Below are positions 12,091 to 24,564 of a stretch of DNA of 64,000 nt, in pieces; the first letter of the stretch is position 1, and the number at the start of each line of letters is the position of its first letter. The position numbers were made by a program, and so were the translations under genes. The stretch is from NCBI GenBank assembly GCA_020137815.1, contig CM035351.1, forward strand, positions 620,001 to 684,000. Reading direction: 5' to 3'. The DNA comes from Hormiphora californensis. Lineage: Eukaryota > Animalia > Ctenophora. Under the pieces are notes generated by a model. That model was not told where the DNA came from and ran no database searches. It worked only from the letters and a program-made list of their open reading frames with translations.

Positions 12091-14329
12091 CGACCCTCCA
12101 CTACAGTGGTACTGAGGTACTCTCCGTTCATGAGGGTCTCTCATTACCTCACACTATATTAGCATAAAGTCGCAAACCTTGTCACAAACCTTGTATTGTT
12201 CTCGATTCACTTTTGCCGAAGAGATCTGGGAGAGAGGGATAGGAAAGAAGAGAGAGAGAGCATAGATAGAGATGGAGAAAGAAGAGGGAATGGAGAAAAG
12301 GGGTTGAAAAGCTTTATAGGATTCAGTTTAGCAGTATCTGTAAGGCTTGCAAATGTTTCTAACATGATGTTTCATTACTGCACTAATTTTGTAACTCTCT
12401 ACTCTCGTCTCTCTTCAGTCTGTAGCTCGTCTTGCTGAGGCATTTTTGCCGTGTACGTTATAGGAATGCCGAATAGGATTAAAAGAGATAGAGAGATAAT
12501 AAAATAGAAGAGGAAGAGAGAGAGAGAGAGAGGAGAGAGAGATAGAGAGAGAGATGGGATAGATGAGGAGGGGGGGGGAGAAGGAAGGGTGGATGGGAGT
12601 CTGTCAATTGGGAATTTTTTTAAAATTCTTGGGAAAAAACGGAAAGGTTGAGGAAAAGGGCCCAAATGAAATGAGGGAAATTGATGGTCTTATATAATAA
12701 AAAAGAGAAGTAAACTTGAAAGAGCAGAAAGGAGAGCGGGACCCCGAAGAGTGTAGGACTCGTTAGATAGGGTTTCATATCACACGATTAGCTAAAAGAA
12801 CTGAAACTTGATGAGGGGGTCAGTGGAGAAGGCATGTAAGATCGTTGATCTCGACTCTTCTACTCCTTCGGTAATAGGAAAGGGAAGGTTAATCCGGATG
12901 CGTTTAGTTTGTAGGTTGAAATGTTTCAACTCTCATGAATTAGCAGAGTTTTAATTGCCATCCTTCCTCCAGCGTCTTGTGAGTCTCCGTACGTTTACAT
13001 ACTTGATGAGAATGATTGATCATACAGTACAATGAGCAAACCACTGACAAGAAGTTTGTTCTCTAATCCATTAGGCTGAAGTACCTGATTTGTTCCAATA
13101 ATCTCACCTCTCTATCAACTCTAGTCACTTTACAAGTTGCGGTTTGTTCCTTTTTAGATGAGGCTTTCCTTTGTCTACCTGGTTTTCTCTCCTTTGTGCT
13201 TTTTTCTAGTGTTTGATTCTCTTCTTGTGTTGTTTGTATTTTTACTTGTTCGTATTGTGCATTGGTTTAGAGCTTAGATTCTGTGGTAGAAATGGGAGGA
13301 GTTAGACGGAGAGGTGCAGCGGTCGAGGGGAGTGACGGGAGGATCTGTGGATGGGATGGCGGGCTGGAGATCTGATTTAGATGGGGATTGGGATTTCTCT
13401 TTATTACAAATTTTTGTCAGCTCTTTTTCTTTCCTTTCTTCTCATCCTCTATCTCTGTTAATGATGATCTGTCTCTCTCAAAATCACTCCCACACCGATC
13501 CGTCGTTGTCACGCCGTACCACTGCACGTTTTATCGACTATAATATTAATAATAATACTTGTTCAATAGAACTCCACTGCCAGGCATTGTGCTGAGGCTG
13601 ACCCTTCCTCGCTAACTTTATTTTCAAACCACTTAGCTATCAAGCTTCACTTGACGTAGAAGATTTTATTTCGTAACTGCTTTCGTAACACCTGTATTTT
13701 CATTGCCTTCTCGTTTTCTTGGTTTTAAATATGAAATAAAGTAATAAATAATAACCCGTTCGCGTTGCATATCAGGGTGTGAACTGCATGTCGTGTTTGC
13801 TAGTCGCGAGCGCGCTTGCGAGACAAGCAAACACGTCAAGGTTCATTAACAAGCATGCTGCTCAGTCATTTTAGATTTAATACACAATGTAAGGATACCA
13901 TGTAATAGGTGAGACTCTTGCCGTCACCCTCGTTCAAGTCCCGTGAAAAACGGAGCAGTACACGCAAACTGATGCCCATTTTCCTCGCGTGACCCCGATT
14001 CAGCAGTTTGAGACACCAACTCTTTAGGGGGCCATATCTCAGGAACCAGACAAGATAGGAAAAATCGCCGTCTAATGAGGCGTACAGTTTTTAATCTAGT
14101 TTACCACTGTACCGGCCGTTTCACTCTCCGACCTAAAACAAAAATCGCAACCCCACAAAACTTCAAAATAATGAAATTCGCATCTCGCATGTCGTGTTGC
14201 ATGTCGTGTTGCATGTCGTGTCATGTTATTGACGCGCTCGCGTTCAACTCTCACACAGCAGCTGCAGAACATGGCGGGAAACATCGAGGAGTAGAGAGAG
14301 GGTCGGTGCCGAATCAAATATTTCTTGAT

Positions 14330-15533
14330 CTTGATCTACTCCATCTCTCAGCTATCCTACCCCTCATCAACTCGATCTCTCAGCTACCCTACCCCTCATC
14401 TACTCCATCTTTCAGCTACCCTACCCCTCATCTACTCCATCTTTCAGCTACCCTATCCCTTATCTAGTCCATCTCTCAGCTACCCTACTCCTCATCTACT
14501 CCATCTCTCAGCTTCCCTATTAGGGAAGCATAAGGATGGAAACGATTAGGAGTAGGGAATCCTTATCCATAATCGTTTCCATCTCTATGCTTCCCTAGCC
14601 CTCATCAACTCCATCTTTCAGCTACCCTACCCCTAATCTAGTCCATCTCTCCGCTACCCTACTCCTCATCTACTCCATCTCTCAGCTACCCTACCTCCCA
14701 TTTACTCCATCTCTCAGCTACCCTACCTCCCATTTACTCCATCTCTCAGCTTCCCTACCTCCCATTTACTCCATATCTCAGCTTACCTACCTCCCATTTA
14801 CTCCATATCTCAGCTTCCGTACCTGCCATTTACTCCATCTTTCAGATACCCTACCTCCCATTTACTCCATCTCTCAGCTTACCTACCTCCCATTTACTCC
14901 ATCTCTCAGCTTCCCTACCTCCCATTTACTCCATCTCTCAGCTTCCCTACCTCCCATTTACTCCATCTCTCAGCTACCCAACCTCCCATTCACTCCATCT
15001 ATCAGCTACCCTACCTCCCATTTACTCCATCTCTCAGCTTCCCTACCTCGCATTTACTCCATTTCTCAGCTTCCCTACCTCCCATTTACTCCATCTCTCA
15101 GCTTACCTACCTCCCATTTACTCCATATCTCAGCTTCCCTACCTGCCATTTACTCCATCTTTCAGATAACCTACCTCCCATTTACTCCATCTCTCAGCTT
15201 ACCTACCTCCCATTTACTTCATCTCTCAGCTTCCCTACCTCCCATTTACTCCATCTCTCAGCTTCCCTACCTCCCATTTACTCCATCTCTCATTTATCCT
15301 AACATTCCTACCCCTGAGAGATGGAGTAAATGGGAGGTAGGGAAGCTGAGAGATGGAGTAAATGGGAGGTAGGGAAGCTGAGAGATGGATCAAATGGGAG
15401 GTAGGGTAGCTGAGGGATGGAGTAAATGGGAGGTAGGGAAGTTGAGAGATGGAGTAAATGGGAGGTAGGTAAGCTGAGAGATGGAGTAAATGGGAGGTAG
15501 GGTATCTGAGAGATGAAGTAAATGGCAGGTAGG
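14330..15533. repeat. 32-bp minisatellite (CTCCATCTCTCAGCTWCCCTACCTCCCATTTA), inverting at about 15300
   Basis: A period of 32 is visible, for example 14701 to 14733. The orientation flips at the centre of the foldback element. Confidence 0.9.
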
Positions 15534-18500
15534 AGGGTGAGATTCCTTCCTACGCCTGATGGAGTGCGGGCCGGGGCTAACGTCTAGCACAACCCTACTA
15601 AAAGGGATGTAGCAAGCGATAGTGTCTAAAGACTCCATCTCTGGAGAGCATACCCAGGGGACAAACCACACACCCCCCTGTAATGGGTCTCTCCATCTAA
15701 CATGGACTAACCCAACCCCTTAATCAAGATTCAAAAATTCCAAACTACTAATAAATTCACTCCAGGTACAATGGTAGAAAACCAGCAGAGACCGGAGTTA
15801 AACACTTCATTATATTATTACCCAGGGGCTCTTTTACGTTCCCCTGTAACTACCAGAGCCAAGTTTTGGGACGGGGCAACTACAGGGATGCCCAAATCAA
15901 ATGGGCTACCCTTGCTCCCGACCTTACATAACCTAACTAAAGAACCAATATATATAGGCCAATAGGGTGTGTAATTCGCCGACCCCCAGGCCACGGGGCC
16001 TTAATTCCGTGGTCACGAGGCGTCTCTTCTTTCCCTTTTAAAACAACGGGGCATATCATTACTGACCCGCCATAATCCCATGCTATATGGAGAATTATAT
16101 TACCTTCACAAACCATCTAAGTGAGGACTCTCACTACCCTTATCTCCCCCAAATAGCTAGAGGACTCTCAGCAACTCCGCACAGGGCCCCCATCCCAGGA
16201 GGGCCCTCCAGGGAGCACCCTCTATCCGGGGAGCACCCTCCATTACATGAGGGCACCAGCCCCTGTAAAACGGGACTATCGCCCGTTAGAGAAGCTGACC
16301 TTCTAAATGATGGAGATTCGGGCAGTGTAGCGACAGGGAAAGGGCAGAAGAGTCAAATCGCAGCCCCGAATAGTGCAGGTGGAATCCAAATGACCCTCCG
16401 AAAGGAAGGGACAGGGAGGTCCAACACTGCCCGCGGAGCCCAAGACAATCTGCCGCCCCCACCCCAGAAGGAGGGGCAGCAGAGTCTAGGGCCGCCTCCA
16501 GGACCCTCAGCAGCCAAGAAAATAAGTAAAAACATCAGAGTAACACAAATTAACCTCCATAAAAGTCATGAAGCATGGGATGACATAATCACCTGTAACC
16601 AAACACGATCGCAAATTATCCTAGCCCAAGAACCACCTATTATAGGGAAAACATCTAAAGTTAGAGCCAGCGGAGGATTCTCTGCCCTATATGACAAAAG
16701 GGCTCAGAGACCACGTGCGAGCATCTTAATCAATAGTAACCTAGGGAGGAACGTATTTCTCCTTGACAAATTCACTGACAGGGACACAGTCACCATCCTT
16801 GTCAAACTGGGCACCAAATCAGTCATTTTATGCTCAATGTACATGGACAGAGAGCTAGAATGCCCTCCTAAATTACTAGGAGAGTTGGCAGCCCACGCAA
16901 AAAGAAATAACCTGAAACTAGTAATTGGATCTGATACCAACGCCCACAACACTAGTTGGGGGGCACTGGTTAAAGATCCTATTGGGAAGAAAAGGGGAGA
17001 TGCACTATTAGACGCCATTGTAGATCTTGATCTGCATGTATCGAACGTGAATTGCCCCCACACTTTCGACAATGGAACAAGAAAAAATGTGCTAGATCTT
17101 ACCATGACCAACAACCATGCACTGGACATGATACAAGACTGGCAGACAGTAGAAGGAAAATGCAGATCCGACCACGTACCCATCACATTTGTGTTGAGGG
17201 ACATGGACGGTAGCAAGATCCGCTCTTTCTACAATATTAAGAAAACAAACTGGGCCCTATATAGACAACTTGTGGAAAAGGGCCTAGAAGAAACAGGACT
17301 GACAGAAATGGTAATATCAAACGCCGAAGAACTTGAAACAGCCAACGAAAAACTAATAGAACTGATGCTGTGGGCATACTACAAGTGTACCCCAAAAACA
17401 TACGTTTCCGCCCACTCCAAAGACCCCCCGTGGCTCAGTGGGGAGGTCAAGGCAGCTAGGGAAGAAATGTTTGATAAACTGAGACACGCCCAGACCACGA
17501 AAGTGCATCAGGACTGGGACTCAGCAAAAACAGCTCGAAACAAATACACAAAAACCAAAAACCAGTCTAAATTTAAAAACTGGAAAATATGGGCTGAAGA
17601 TCTCGATGCATATTCAGATGCCCAGAAGGTTAGCCAAGTGCTCAAGAACAGTAAAGATTATAATCTCAGCTGTATCTTTGACGCAAATGGTGAACTATCA
17701 CAGTCCCCTAAAGAAACCCTCCAGATAATGGCAGAGGTTCACTTTGGCGAGGACCACTCAACTAGACCCTCCCTCAAGGACAAAACTGAAGCCCCAGAAG
17801 GGGAGTGGTCTGATGAAAAAACATTCTCGAAAACACGTATCATCAAGGCGCTGAGGGAATTTAAACCCTTAACAGCTGCTGGGCCGGATGGCATCAGGCC
17901 CATCATGATGCAAAAAGTAGCAGACATTATTGCTGAACCATTTGCAAAGATAGCTAAGGCATCGTACAGTCTAGGGGTAACCCCCAAATCCTGGCAGGAA
18001 GCAGAAGCCATCTACCTGCCCAAGCCAGGAAAGGATGACTATCGTATGCCTAAATCATACCGAACAATAACCCTTGCGTCAAACCTCCACAAACTCATGG
18101 AACGGTTAATTCTATGGCACATTGAGGTAGACCAAAAAGTACACAAAAAATTAAACAAGTCGCAATATGGATTTAGAAGAGGCGTTTCAACAGAAACAGC
18201 CCTCCATAAAGTAGTACGCAAACTCGAAGGCACCCTCATGCACAAGGGCATTGCCCTGGGTACGTTCTTGGACATCGAGGGAGCCTTCGATAATGTGGCA
18301 TTCCAAGCTATGGAAAGAGCCCTTCATGCAAAGCTACGCGACAAAAAAACAGCGATCTGGATCACCTACATGATCTCAAACCGCGAAATAACCACGAACC
18401 TAATGGAAGAGTCCCTTACTATAAGAGCCACCCGGGGTTGTCCCCAGGGAGGAATACTTTCCCCGTTCCTATGGAACCTGGTAATGGACGATCTACTAAA

Positions 18501-20390
18501 CCATAGCAAAAAGAATATACCAGGTGAACTACAGGGCTTTGCGGATGACTTATGTCATATAGTAGCAACCACAATGCCCTCCGGAAGAAATGGACCCTCT
18601 GCGGACATACTCCCTCTAAGGGACGCGACCCAGAAAGGGCTTAATTCCATAAACGCCTGGTGTAAGACAGTAGGGCTCAAACTAAGTGCCCTGAAATCAC
18701 ATGTAGTCATATTCACTCATCGAAAAAATGTGAAAATTGGAAACCCGATCAAAATTCAGGGTAACCCTATCAAAGTGTCCGAATCCACGAAGTTTCTAGG
18801 GATTACCCTTGACAGCAAACTGAACTGGAACGAGCACGTAAACAAACAAATAAAAAAAGCAAAAAATATCCTGATGCAGTGCCGTAAAGTGGTGGGACCC
18901 ACGTGGGGACTAAACCCTAAAACGGCCCTATGGATATACACTGCAATAGTGAGACCCACCTTATGCTACGGGGCAATGGTCTGGGCTAATGCAATGCGAA
19001 CCAAAACAAACAAAGAAAACATGATAAGGGTACAGAGGCTAGCACTCAAGATGGTAACTGGGGCCATGCCCTCGACGCCATCAACAGCCCTAGACACAAT
19101 CACAAACACCGCCCCGATCACCGACCATCTGAGGTACTGTGCAGCCAAAACTGCATACACCCTAATGGCAACGGGAGAATGGGAAGGGCCAATAAAATCA
19201 GACCTAAAGACCCCAAAAGTGTTCACTTCGCATGCCAACACGGTATCACGTGATCTCAGAACTCTGGAAGCAGAGGGCAGATGTCACGATCTCACAACCC
19301 CGGAACTCACCCTAGACAGGGAATTCTCGTTAGAGATCCCAGAAAGGGAGACGTTTTTGGAGGATGGAGACAAGTACACGATAGTTGCACACACTGATGG
19401 GTCAAAAATTAACAACAATGCCGGTGCAGGATACATTATCCACTCTGGCGAAACAGAGCTAGCTCGAAATTCGTATAACCTAGGCCCCGAAGGAACTGTC
19501 CCGGCGGCAGAAATGTATGCCATACAACAGACGGCTCAATATCTCCTGGATAGGGGAACAGCTAACGAGCGAATACTCATAAACTGTGACAGTCAAGGGA
19601 CAATAAAGACCCTAGACTCCACGACATGCAGATCAAAAACCACGATAAAGACTATCAAAAATCTGAACACCCTAGCCATATTCAACGATGTCATGATTAG
19701 ATGGATCCCGGCCCATCAAGGGTACGATGGAAACGAAATAGCAGACATCTTGGCAAAAAGGGGTGCTCAGGAAATCGAAGAAGTTACTCTCATACCAATT
19801 CCCAAAGCGGCAGCCTATGCAGCCCTCAGGGAAAAGGTTAAAACCGGACCCATCAAACAAACCAAACATATGGACATGATGTGGACCGAAAGATATGAGA
19901 GACCTCTTCAAAAACTTAATAGAACAGACCTAAGGGCGGCGACACACCTACTCACAGGGCACTGCCACCTTAACTACCACATGAAAAAATTAAAAAAAGT
20001 CGAGACCACAACCTGTGCAGCATGTGGGATGGAAGACGAGACAATAAAGCATGTACTTACTGAATGCCCCGCCCTTTGGAAACTCCGACAGGAATCCTTT
20101 GACAGGCTGGGCCTCAGCATGTACGAAATTAGACACCATCAACCCCTTAGAAAAACGATCTCGTTCTATAAGAAGGCGATGGAGATACTTCACCCCCCTG
20201 AAACCACCCCTTAAAGGGAGGTTTCCCCTGTGACCTGGTATGGCACCAGCTCCCCAAGTCTCCTTGGGCCGAAGCAGTTGGCAACATACCAGCCACACCA
20301 CCCAGGACGGGGAACGGGAGCCCCATGGCACCCACCCCTTACTGGCTAGTGCTTCGCACTAGCCAGCGTCCTCCCAGAAGAAGAAGAAGA
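15534..20390 (+). mobile_element. Apparently full-length LOA-clade (I group) LINE inserted in the minisatellite
   Basis: 14-bp TSD AAATGGCAGGTAGG at 15520-15533 and 20391-20404. 3' hairpin CTGGCTAGTGC-TTC-GCACTAGCCAG, then a (GAA)n tail. Single intact ORF. Confidence 0.9.
16087..20214 (+). CDS. LINE polyprotein: APE endonuclease, reverse transcriptase, RNase H, CCHC finger (1375 aa)
   Basis: APE: QINLHKS, AQEP, GSDTNAH, SDHVPI. RT: GPDGI, QYGFR, FLDIEGAFD, GCPQGGILSP, FADD. RNase H: TDGSK, AEMYAI, CDSQ, WIPAHQGYDGNEIAD. Zinc finger: CAACGMEDETIKHVLTEC. Confidence 0.95.
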   Translation: MENYITFTNHLSEDSHYPYLPQIARGLSATPHRAPIPGGPSREHPLSGEHPPLHEGTSPCKTGLSPVREADLLNDGDSGSVATGKGQKSQIAAPNSAGGIQMTLRKEGTGRSNTARGAQDNLPPPPQKEGQQSLGPPPGPSAAKKISKNIRVTQINLHKSHEAWDDIITCNQTRSQIILAQEPPIIGKTSKVRASGGFSALYDKRAQRPRASILINSNLGRNVFLLDKFTDRDTVTILVKLGTKSVILCSMYMDRELECPPKLLGELAAHAKRNNLKLVIGSDTNAHNTSWGALVKDPIGKKRGDALLDAIVDLDLHVSNVNCPHTFDNGTRKNVLDLTMTNNHALDMIQDWQTVEGKCRSDHVPITFVLRDMDGSKIRSFYNIKKTNWALYRQLVEKGLEETGLTEMVISNAEELETANEKLIELMLWAYYKCTPKTYVSAHSKDPPWLSGEVKAAREEMFDKLRHAQTTKVHQDWDSAKTARNKYTKTKNQSKFKNWKIWAEDLDAYSDAQKVSQVLKNSKDYNLSCIFDANGELSQSPKETLQIMAEVHFGEDHSTRPSLKDKTEAPEGEWSDEKTFSKTRIIKALREFKPLTAAGPDGIRPIMMQKVADIIAEPFAKIAKASYSLGVTPKSWQEAEAIYLPKPGKDDYRMPKSYRTITLASNLHKLMERLILWHIEVDQKVHKKLNKSQYGFRRGVSTETALHKVVRKLEGTLMHKGIALGTFLDIEGAFDNVAFQAMERALHAKLRDKKTAIWITYMISNREITTNLMEESLTIRATRGCPQGGILSPFLWNLVMDDLLNHSKKNIPGELQGFADDLCHIVATTMPSGRNGPSADILPLRDATQKGLNSINAWCKTVGLKLSALKSHVVIFTHRKNVKIGNPIKIQGNPIKVSESTKFLGITLDSKLNWNEHVNKQIKKAKNILMQCRKVVGPTWGLNPKTALWIYTAIVRPTLCYGAMVWANAMRTKTNKENMIRVQRLALKMVTGAMPSTPSTALDTITNTAPITDHLRYCAAKTAYTLMATGEWEGPIKSDLKTPKVFTSHANTVSRDLRTLEAEGRCHDLTTPELTLDREFSLEIPERETFLEDGDKYTIVAHTDGSKINNNAGAGYIIHSGETELARNSYNLGPEGTVPAAEMYAIQQTAQYLLDRGTANERILINCDSQGTIKTLDSTTCRSKTTIKTIKNLNTLAIFNDVMIRWIPAHQGYDGNEIADILAKRGAQEIEEVTLIPIPKAAAYAALREKVKTGPIKQTKHMDMMWTERYERPLQKLNRTDLRAATHLLTGHCHLNYHMKKLKKVETTTCAACGMEDETIKHVLTECPALWKLRQESFDRLGLSMYEIRHHQPLRKTISFYKKAMEILHPPETTP

Positions 20391-21600
20391 AAATGGCAGG
20401 TAGGGAAGCTGAGATATGGAGTAAATGGGAGGTAGGAAAGCTGAGAGATGGAGTAAATGGGTGGTAGGGTAGCTGAGAGATGGAGTAAATGGGAGGTAGG
20501 GAAGCTGAGGGATGGAGTAAATGGGAGGTAGGGAAGCTGAGAGATGGAGTAAATGGGAGGTAGGTAAGCTGAGAGATGGAGTAAATGGAAGGTAGGGTAG
20601 CTGAGAGATGGAGTAAATGGGAGGTAGGGTAGCTGAGAGATGGAGTAAATGGGAGGTAGGGTAGCTGAGAGATGGAGTAAATGGGAGGTAGGGTAGCTGA
20701 GAGATGGAGTAAATGGGAGGTAGGGAAGCTGAGAGATGGAGTAAATAGGAGGTAGGGTAGCTGAGAGATGGAGTACTAAATGAGAGGTAGGGAAGCTGAG
20801 AAATGGAGTAAATGGGAGGTAGGGAAGCTGAGAGATGGATCAAATGGGAGGTAGGGTAGCTGAAAGATGGAGTAAATGGGAGGTAGGGAAGCTGAGAGAT
20901 GGAGTAAATGGGAGGTAGGGTAGCTGAGAGATGGAGTAAGTAAATGAGAGGTAGGGAAGCTGAGAAATGGAGTAAATGGGAGGTAGGGAAGCTGAGAGAT
21001 GGATCAAATGGGAGGTAGGGTAGCTGAGGGATGGAGTAAATGGGAGGTAGGGAAGCTGAGAGATGGAGTAAATGGAAGGTAGGTAAGCTGAGAGATGGAG
21101 TAAATGGGAGGTAGGGTATCTGAGAGATGGAGTAAATGGCAGGTAGGGAAGCTGAGATATGGAGTAAATGGGAGGTAGGTAAGCTGAGAGATGGAGTAAA
21201 TGGGAGGTAGGGAAGCTGAGAGATGGAGTAAATGGGAGGTAGGGTAGCTGAGAGATGGAGTAAATGGGTGGTAGGGTAGCTGAGAGATGGACTAGATTAG
21301 GGGTAGGGTAGCTGAAAGATGGAGTTGATGAGGGCTAGGGAAGCATAGAGATGGAAACGATTATGGATAAGGATTCCCTACCCCTAATCGTTTCCATCTC
21401 TATGCTTCCCTAATAGGGAAGCTGAAAGATGGAGTAGATGAGGAGTAGGGTAGCTGAGAGATGGACTAGATAAGGGATAGGGTAGCTGAAAGATGGAGTA
21501 GATGAGGGGTAGGGTAGCTGAAAGATGGAGTAGATGAGGGGTAGGGTAGCTGAGAGATCGAGTTGATGAGGGGTAGGATAGCTGAGAGATGGAGTAGATC
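20391..21600. repeat. 32-bp minisatellite, right arm of the foldback element
   Basis: Reverse-complement units GAGATGGAGTAAATGGGAGGTAGGGWAGCTGA. Confidence 0.9.
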
Positions 21601-22751
21601 AAGATCAAGAAATATTTGATTCGGCACCGACCCTCTCTCTACTCCTCGATGTTTCCCGCCATGTTCTGCAGCTGCTGTGTGAGAGTTGAACGCGAGCGCG
21701 TCAATAACATGACACGACATGCAACACGACATGCGAGATGCGAATTTCATTATTTTGAAGTTTTGTGGGGTTGCGATTTTTGTTTTAGGTCGGAGAGTGA
21801 AACGGCCGGTACAGTGGTAAACTAGATTAAAAACTGTACGCCTCATTAGACGGCGATTTTTCCTATCTTGTCTGGTTCCTGAGATATGGCCCCCTAAAGA
21901 GTTGGTGTCTCAAACTGCTGAATCGGGGTCACGCGAGGAAAATGGGCATCAGTTTGCGTGTACTGCTCCGTTTTTCACGGGACTTGAACGAGGGTGACGG
22001 CAAGAGTCTCACCTATTACATGGTATCCTTACATTGTGTATTAAATCTAAAATGACTGAGCAGCATGCTTGTTAATGAACCTTGACGTGTTTGCTTGTCT
22101 CGCAAGCGCGCTCGCGACTAGCAAACACGACATGCAGTTCACACCCTGCATATGTTGCGCCACCAAACTCAGCCAAACTCTTTGAATCTTTGATAACGCG
22201 AAGTTCCACATCTACTTGATATACACACATTCATAGTATTCATAGTTTTGTTTAAGCCCTTCTTTTACAAACTGATGTGCGATATGTATCTTATCATAAT
22301 TTTACTGTTTTCATACTATACTGTTGTATGAGATGTGAATCTAACAGTAAGGCGTCTAAAGAGGCTGAAAATCCCGCATAAGTCTACCTGAAACATGCTC
22401 GACAATCAACATCATATTTGTCAATAGTACACCGTGTGTCAACAGTTCTTTGTAACACACAAAAGCCGTCACACAACAGTATAATGCAGAATTAGGTTGC
22501 TGAGCTATTCTGTTGATTAGTAGAAATCAGAACCCAAGAGAATGTGTGATCTAGCAAACCCTCGCAGAATGCGGTGTGAGCCACACACAAAAGAGAATAG
22601 CTAAGTATAATAAAAGCCGTAGGTAGAGACCAGAAAGGTAAAATGTAGAGCTGGACAAAAATAGATAGATTGAATGAGCTAGATGTCCAATACCATGGAT
22701 TGAATGATTAAAAAACGTGAAACCAGGGCAGGAGAACAAATCAACGCACAC

Positions 22752-24291
22752 GGCAATTTCTGATTTGCCGCATACGGCGTCTAGACGGCGTCTAGACGGT
22801 ATACCGTCTGGACGGGTTTCGGTGAAATCAGCTAAAAACGGTACCGAAATTGCTTGAGACGGGTTATAGACGGTATCAGACGGTCTCTAGACGGGTTATA
22901 GACGGTATCAGACGGTGTTGCGACGGTATCAGACGGTCTCTAGACGGTGTCTAGACGGTACCGTCCCGGCGTCTGGACGGCGTCTGGACGGTGTCTAGAC
23001 GGTATCCGTCCGAAGTTGAGACGGCACGTCTGAAAATTGTACCAGACGTAGAGACGGACTTTTAGAACTCCGTCTGTATTTCAGACGGAGTTTTAAAAGT
23101 ACGTCTCAACGCAGTCTAAAGGAAAATCGATGAAAGTACCGTCTAGACAACGTCTCAACTGAAACCGGTCAACATACCGTCTAAACAACGTCTAGACAAC
23201 GTCTAAACAGAATCTCGCGATTCAGTTTCAAATACCGTCTAGACAACTTCTCCAGCAATTTCGATAAGAATACCGTCTAAACAACGTCTAGACAACGTCT
23301 AAAATAATGATGTCTAGACTCGACCGTTTTCGAAGACCATTCTGGATTACCCATGCCAGTTGTTTTGTACAAACTCTTTTATTTTATTTTATAAAAACGC
23401 GAAAAACAGTCTAACCTGGCAACCATGCCAGTTGGAATTAGTGGTAGATGTGTGCCTATTGAATGAAAATTAAACATGTGTTTAACCAGCACAGTCGTAC
23501 CGCGATGCTCGGGGACGGGAAAGGGGTTATCCTCCCGGTAATTTTCGTACCCAACTTCTTACATTCAACCAAACTGTTTTGGTATCTCCACATTCACTCT
23601 TACATCCAGCTATCGCGTTGTAATACAACTGTGAGATACTGTCTATGGCTGATACTATCAGTGATAGATAGTGTCGGTTATGAGACGTTGTTTAGACGGT
23701 ATCTGTATCGGATTCGCTTAAGACGTTGTCTAGACGTTGTTTAGACGGTATTCGTATCGAAATTGCTGGAGAAGTTGTCTAGACGGTATTTGAAACTGAA
23801 TCGCGAGATTCTGTTTAGACGTTGTCTAGACGTTGTTTAGACGGTATGTTGACCGGTTTCAGTTGAGACGTTGTCTAGACGGTACTTTCATCGATTTTCC
23901 TTTAGACTGCGTTGAGACGTACTTTTAAAACTCCGTCTGAAATACAGACGGAGTTCTAAAAGTCCGTCTCAACGTCTGGTACAATTTTCAGACGTGCCGT
24001 CTCAACTTCGGACGGATACCGTCTAGACACCGTCCAGACGCCGTCCAGACGCCGGGACGGTACCGTCTAGACACCGTCTAGAGACCGTCTGATACCGTCG
24101 CAACACCGTCTGATACCGTCTATAACCCGTCTAGAGACCGTCTGATACCGTCTATAACCCGTCTCAAGCAATTTCGGTACCGTTTTTAGCTGATTTCACC
24201 GAAACCCGTCCAGACGGTATACCGTCTGGACACCGTCTAGACGGCGTTGCGACGCCGTCTAGACGCCGTATGCGGCAAATCAGAAATTGCC
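22752..24291. mobile_element. Non-autonomous Mutator/Foldback-type element with TIRs of about 550 bp and a 9-bp TSD
   Basis: GGCAATTTCTGATTTGCCGCATACGGCG...CGCCGTATGCGGCAAATCAGAAATTGCC. TSD AACGCACAC at 22743-22751 and 24292-24300. The TIRs are built from GTCTAGAC-type subrepeats. Confidence 0.85.
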
Positions 24292-24464
24292 AACGCACAC
24301 TTGTAGGTGTGAAAATCACTTTTTTTTCTCTACACACTATAAATTGTGTCTCTATCTGGCGCGATATAACACGTTTTCTCTGTTTTGTTCTGTGTTAGTT
24401 TCACGTCTCAGTCACTTATACACTTCTCACGATTACATATTGCTTTTTCTTTCTAAGGGGATGA

Positions 24465-24564
24465 NNNNNNNNNNNNNNNNNNNNNNNNNNNNNNNNNNNN
24501 NNNNNNNNNNNNNNNNNNNNNNNNNNNNNNNNNNNNNNNNNNNNNNNNNNNNNNNNNNNNNNNN
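24465..24564. other. Assembly gap (100 N)
   Basis: Run of N. Confidence 1.

Larger units (their letters stand above)
13773..22148. mobile_element. Giant palindromic (foldback-like) non-autonomous TIR element with 5-bp TSD CATAT, possibly hAT5-type
   Basis: Termini CAGGGTGTGAACTGCATGTCG...CGACATGCAGTTCACACCCTG. CATAT lies at 13768-13772 and 22149-22153. Arms are at least 1.5 kb, near-identical in the unique part, and meet at a spacer of about 25 bp near 15292-15315. Confidence 0.85.

Noticed and set aside
11601-12665. RE/SL-repeat ORFs (also at 33839 and 43229)
   Set aside because: They are translations of (GA)n/(CT)n microsatellites.
15534-15720. HDV-like or hammerhead ribozyme at the LINE 5' end
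   Set aside because: GCTAAC and CTGATG motifs are present, but I could not build P1/P3/P1.1 pairings or a GAAA core by eye.
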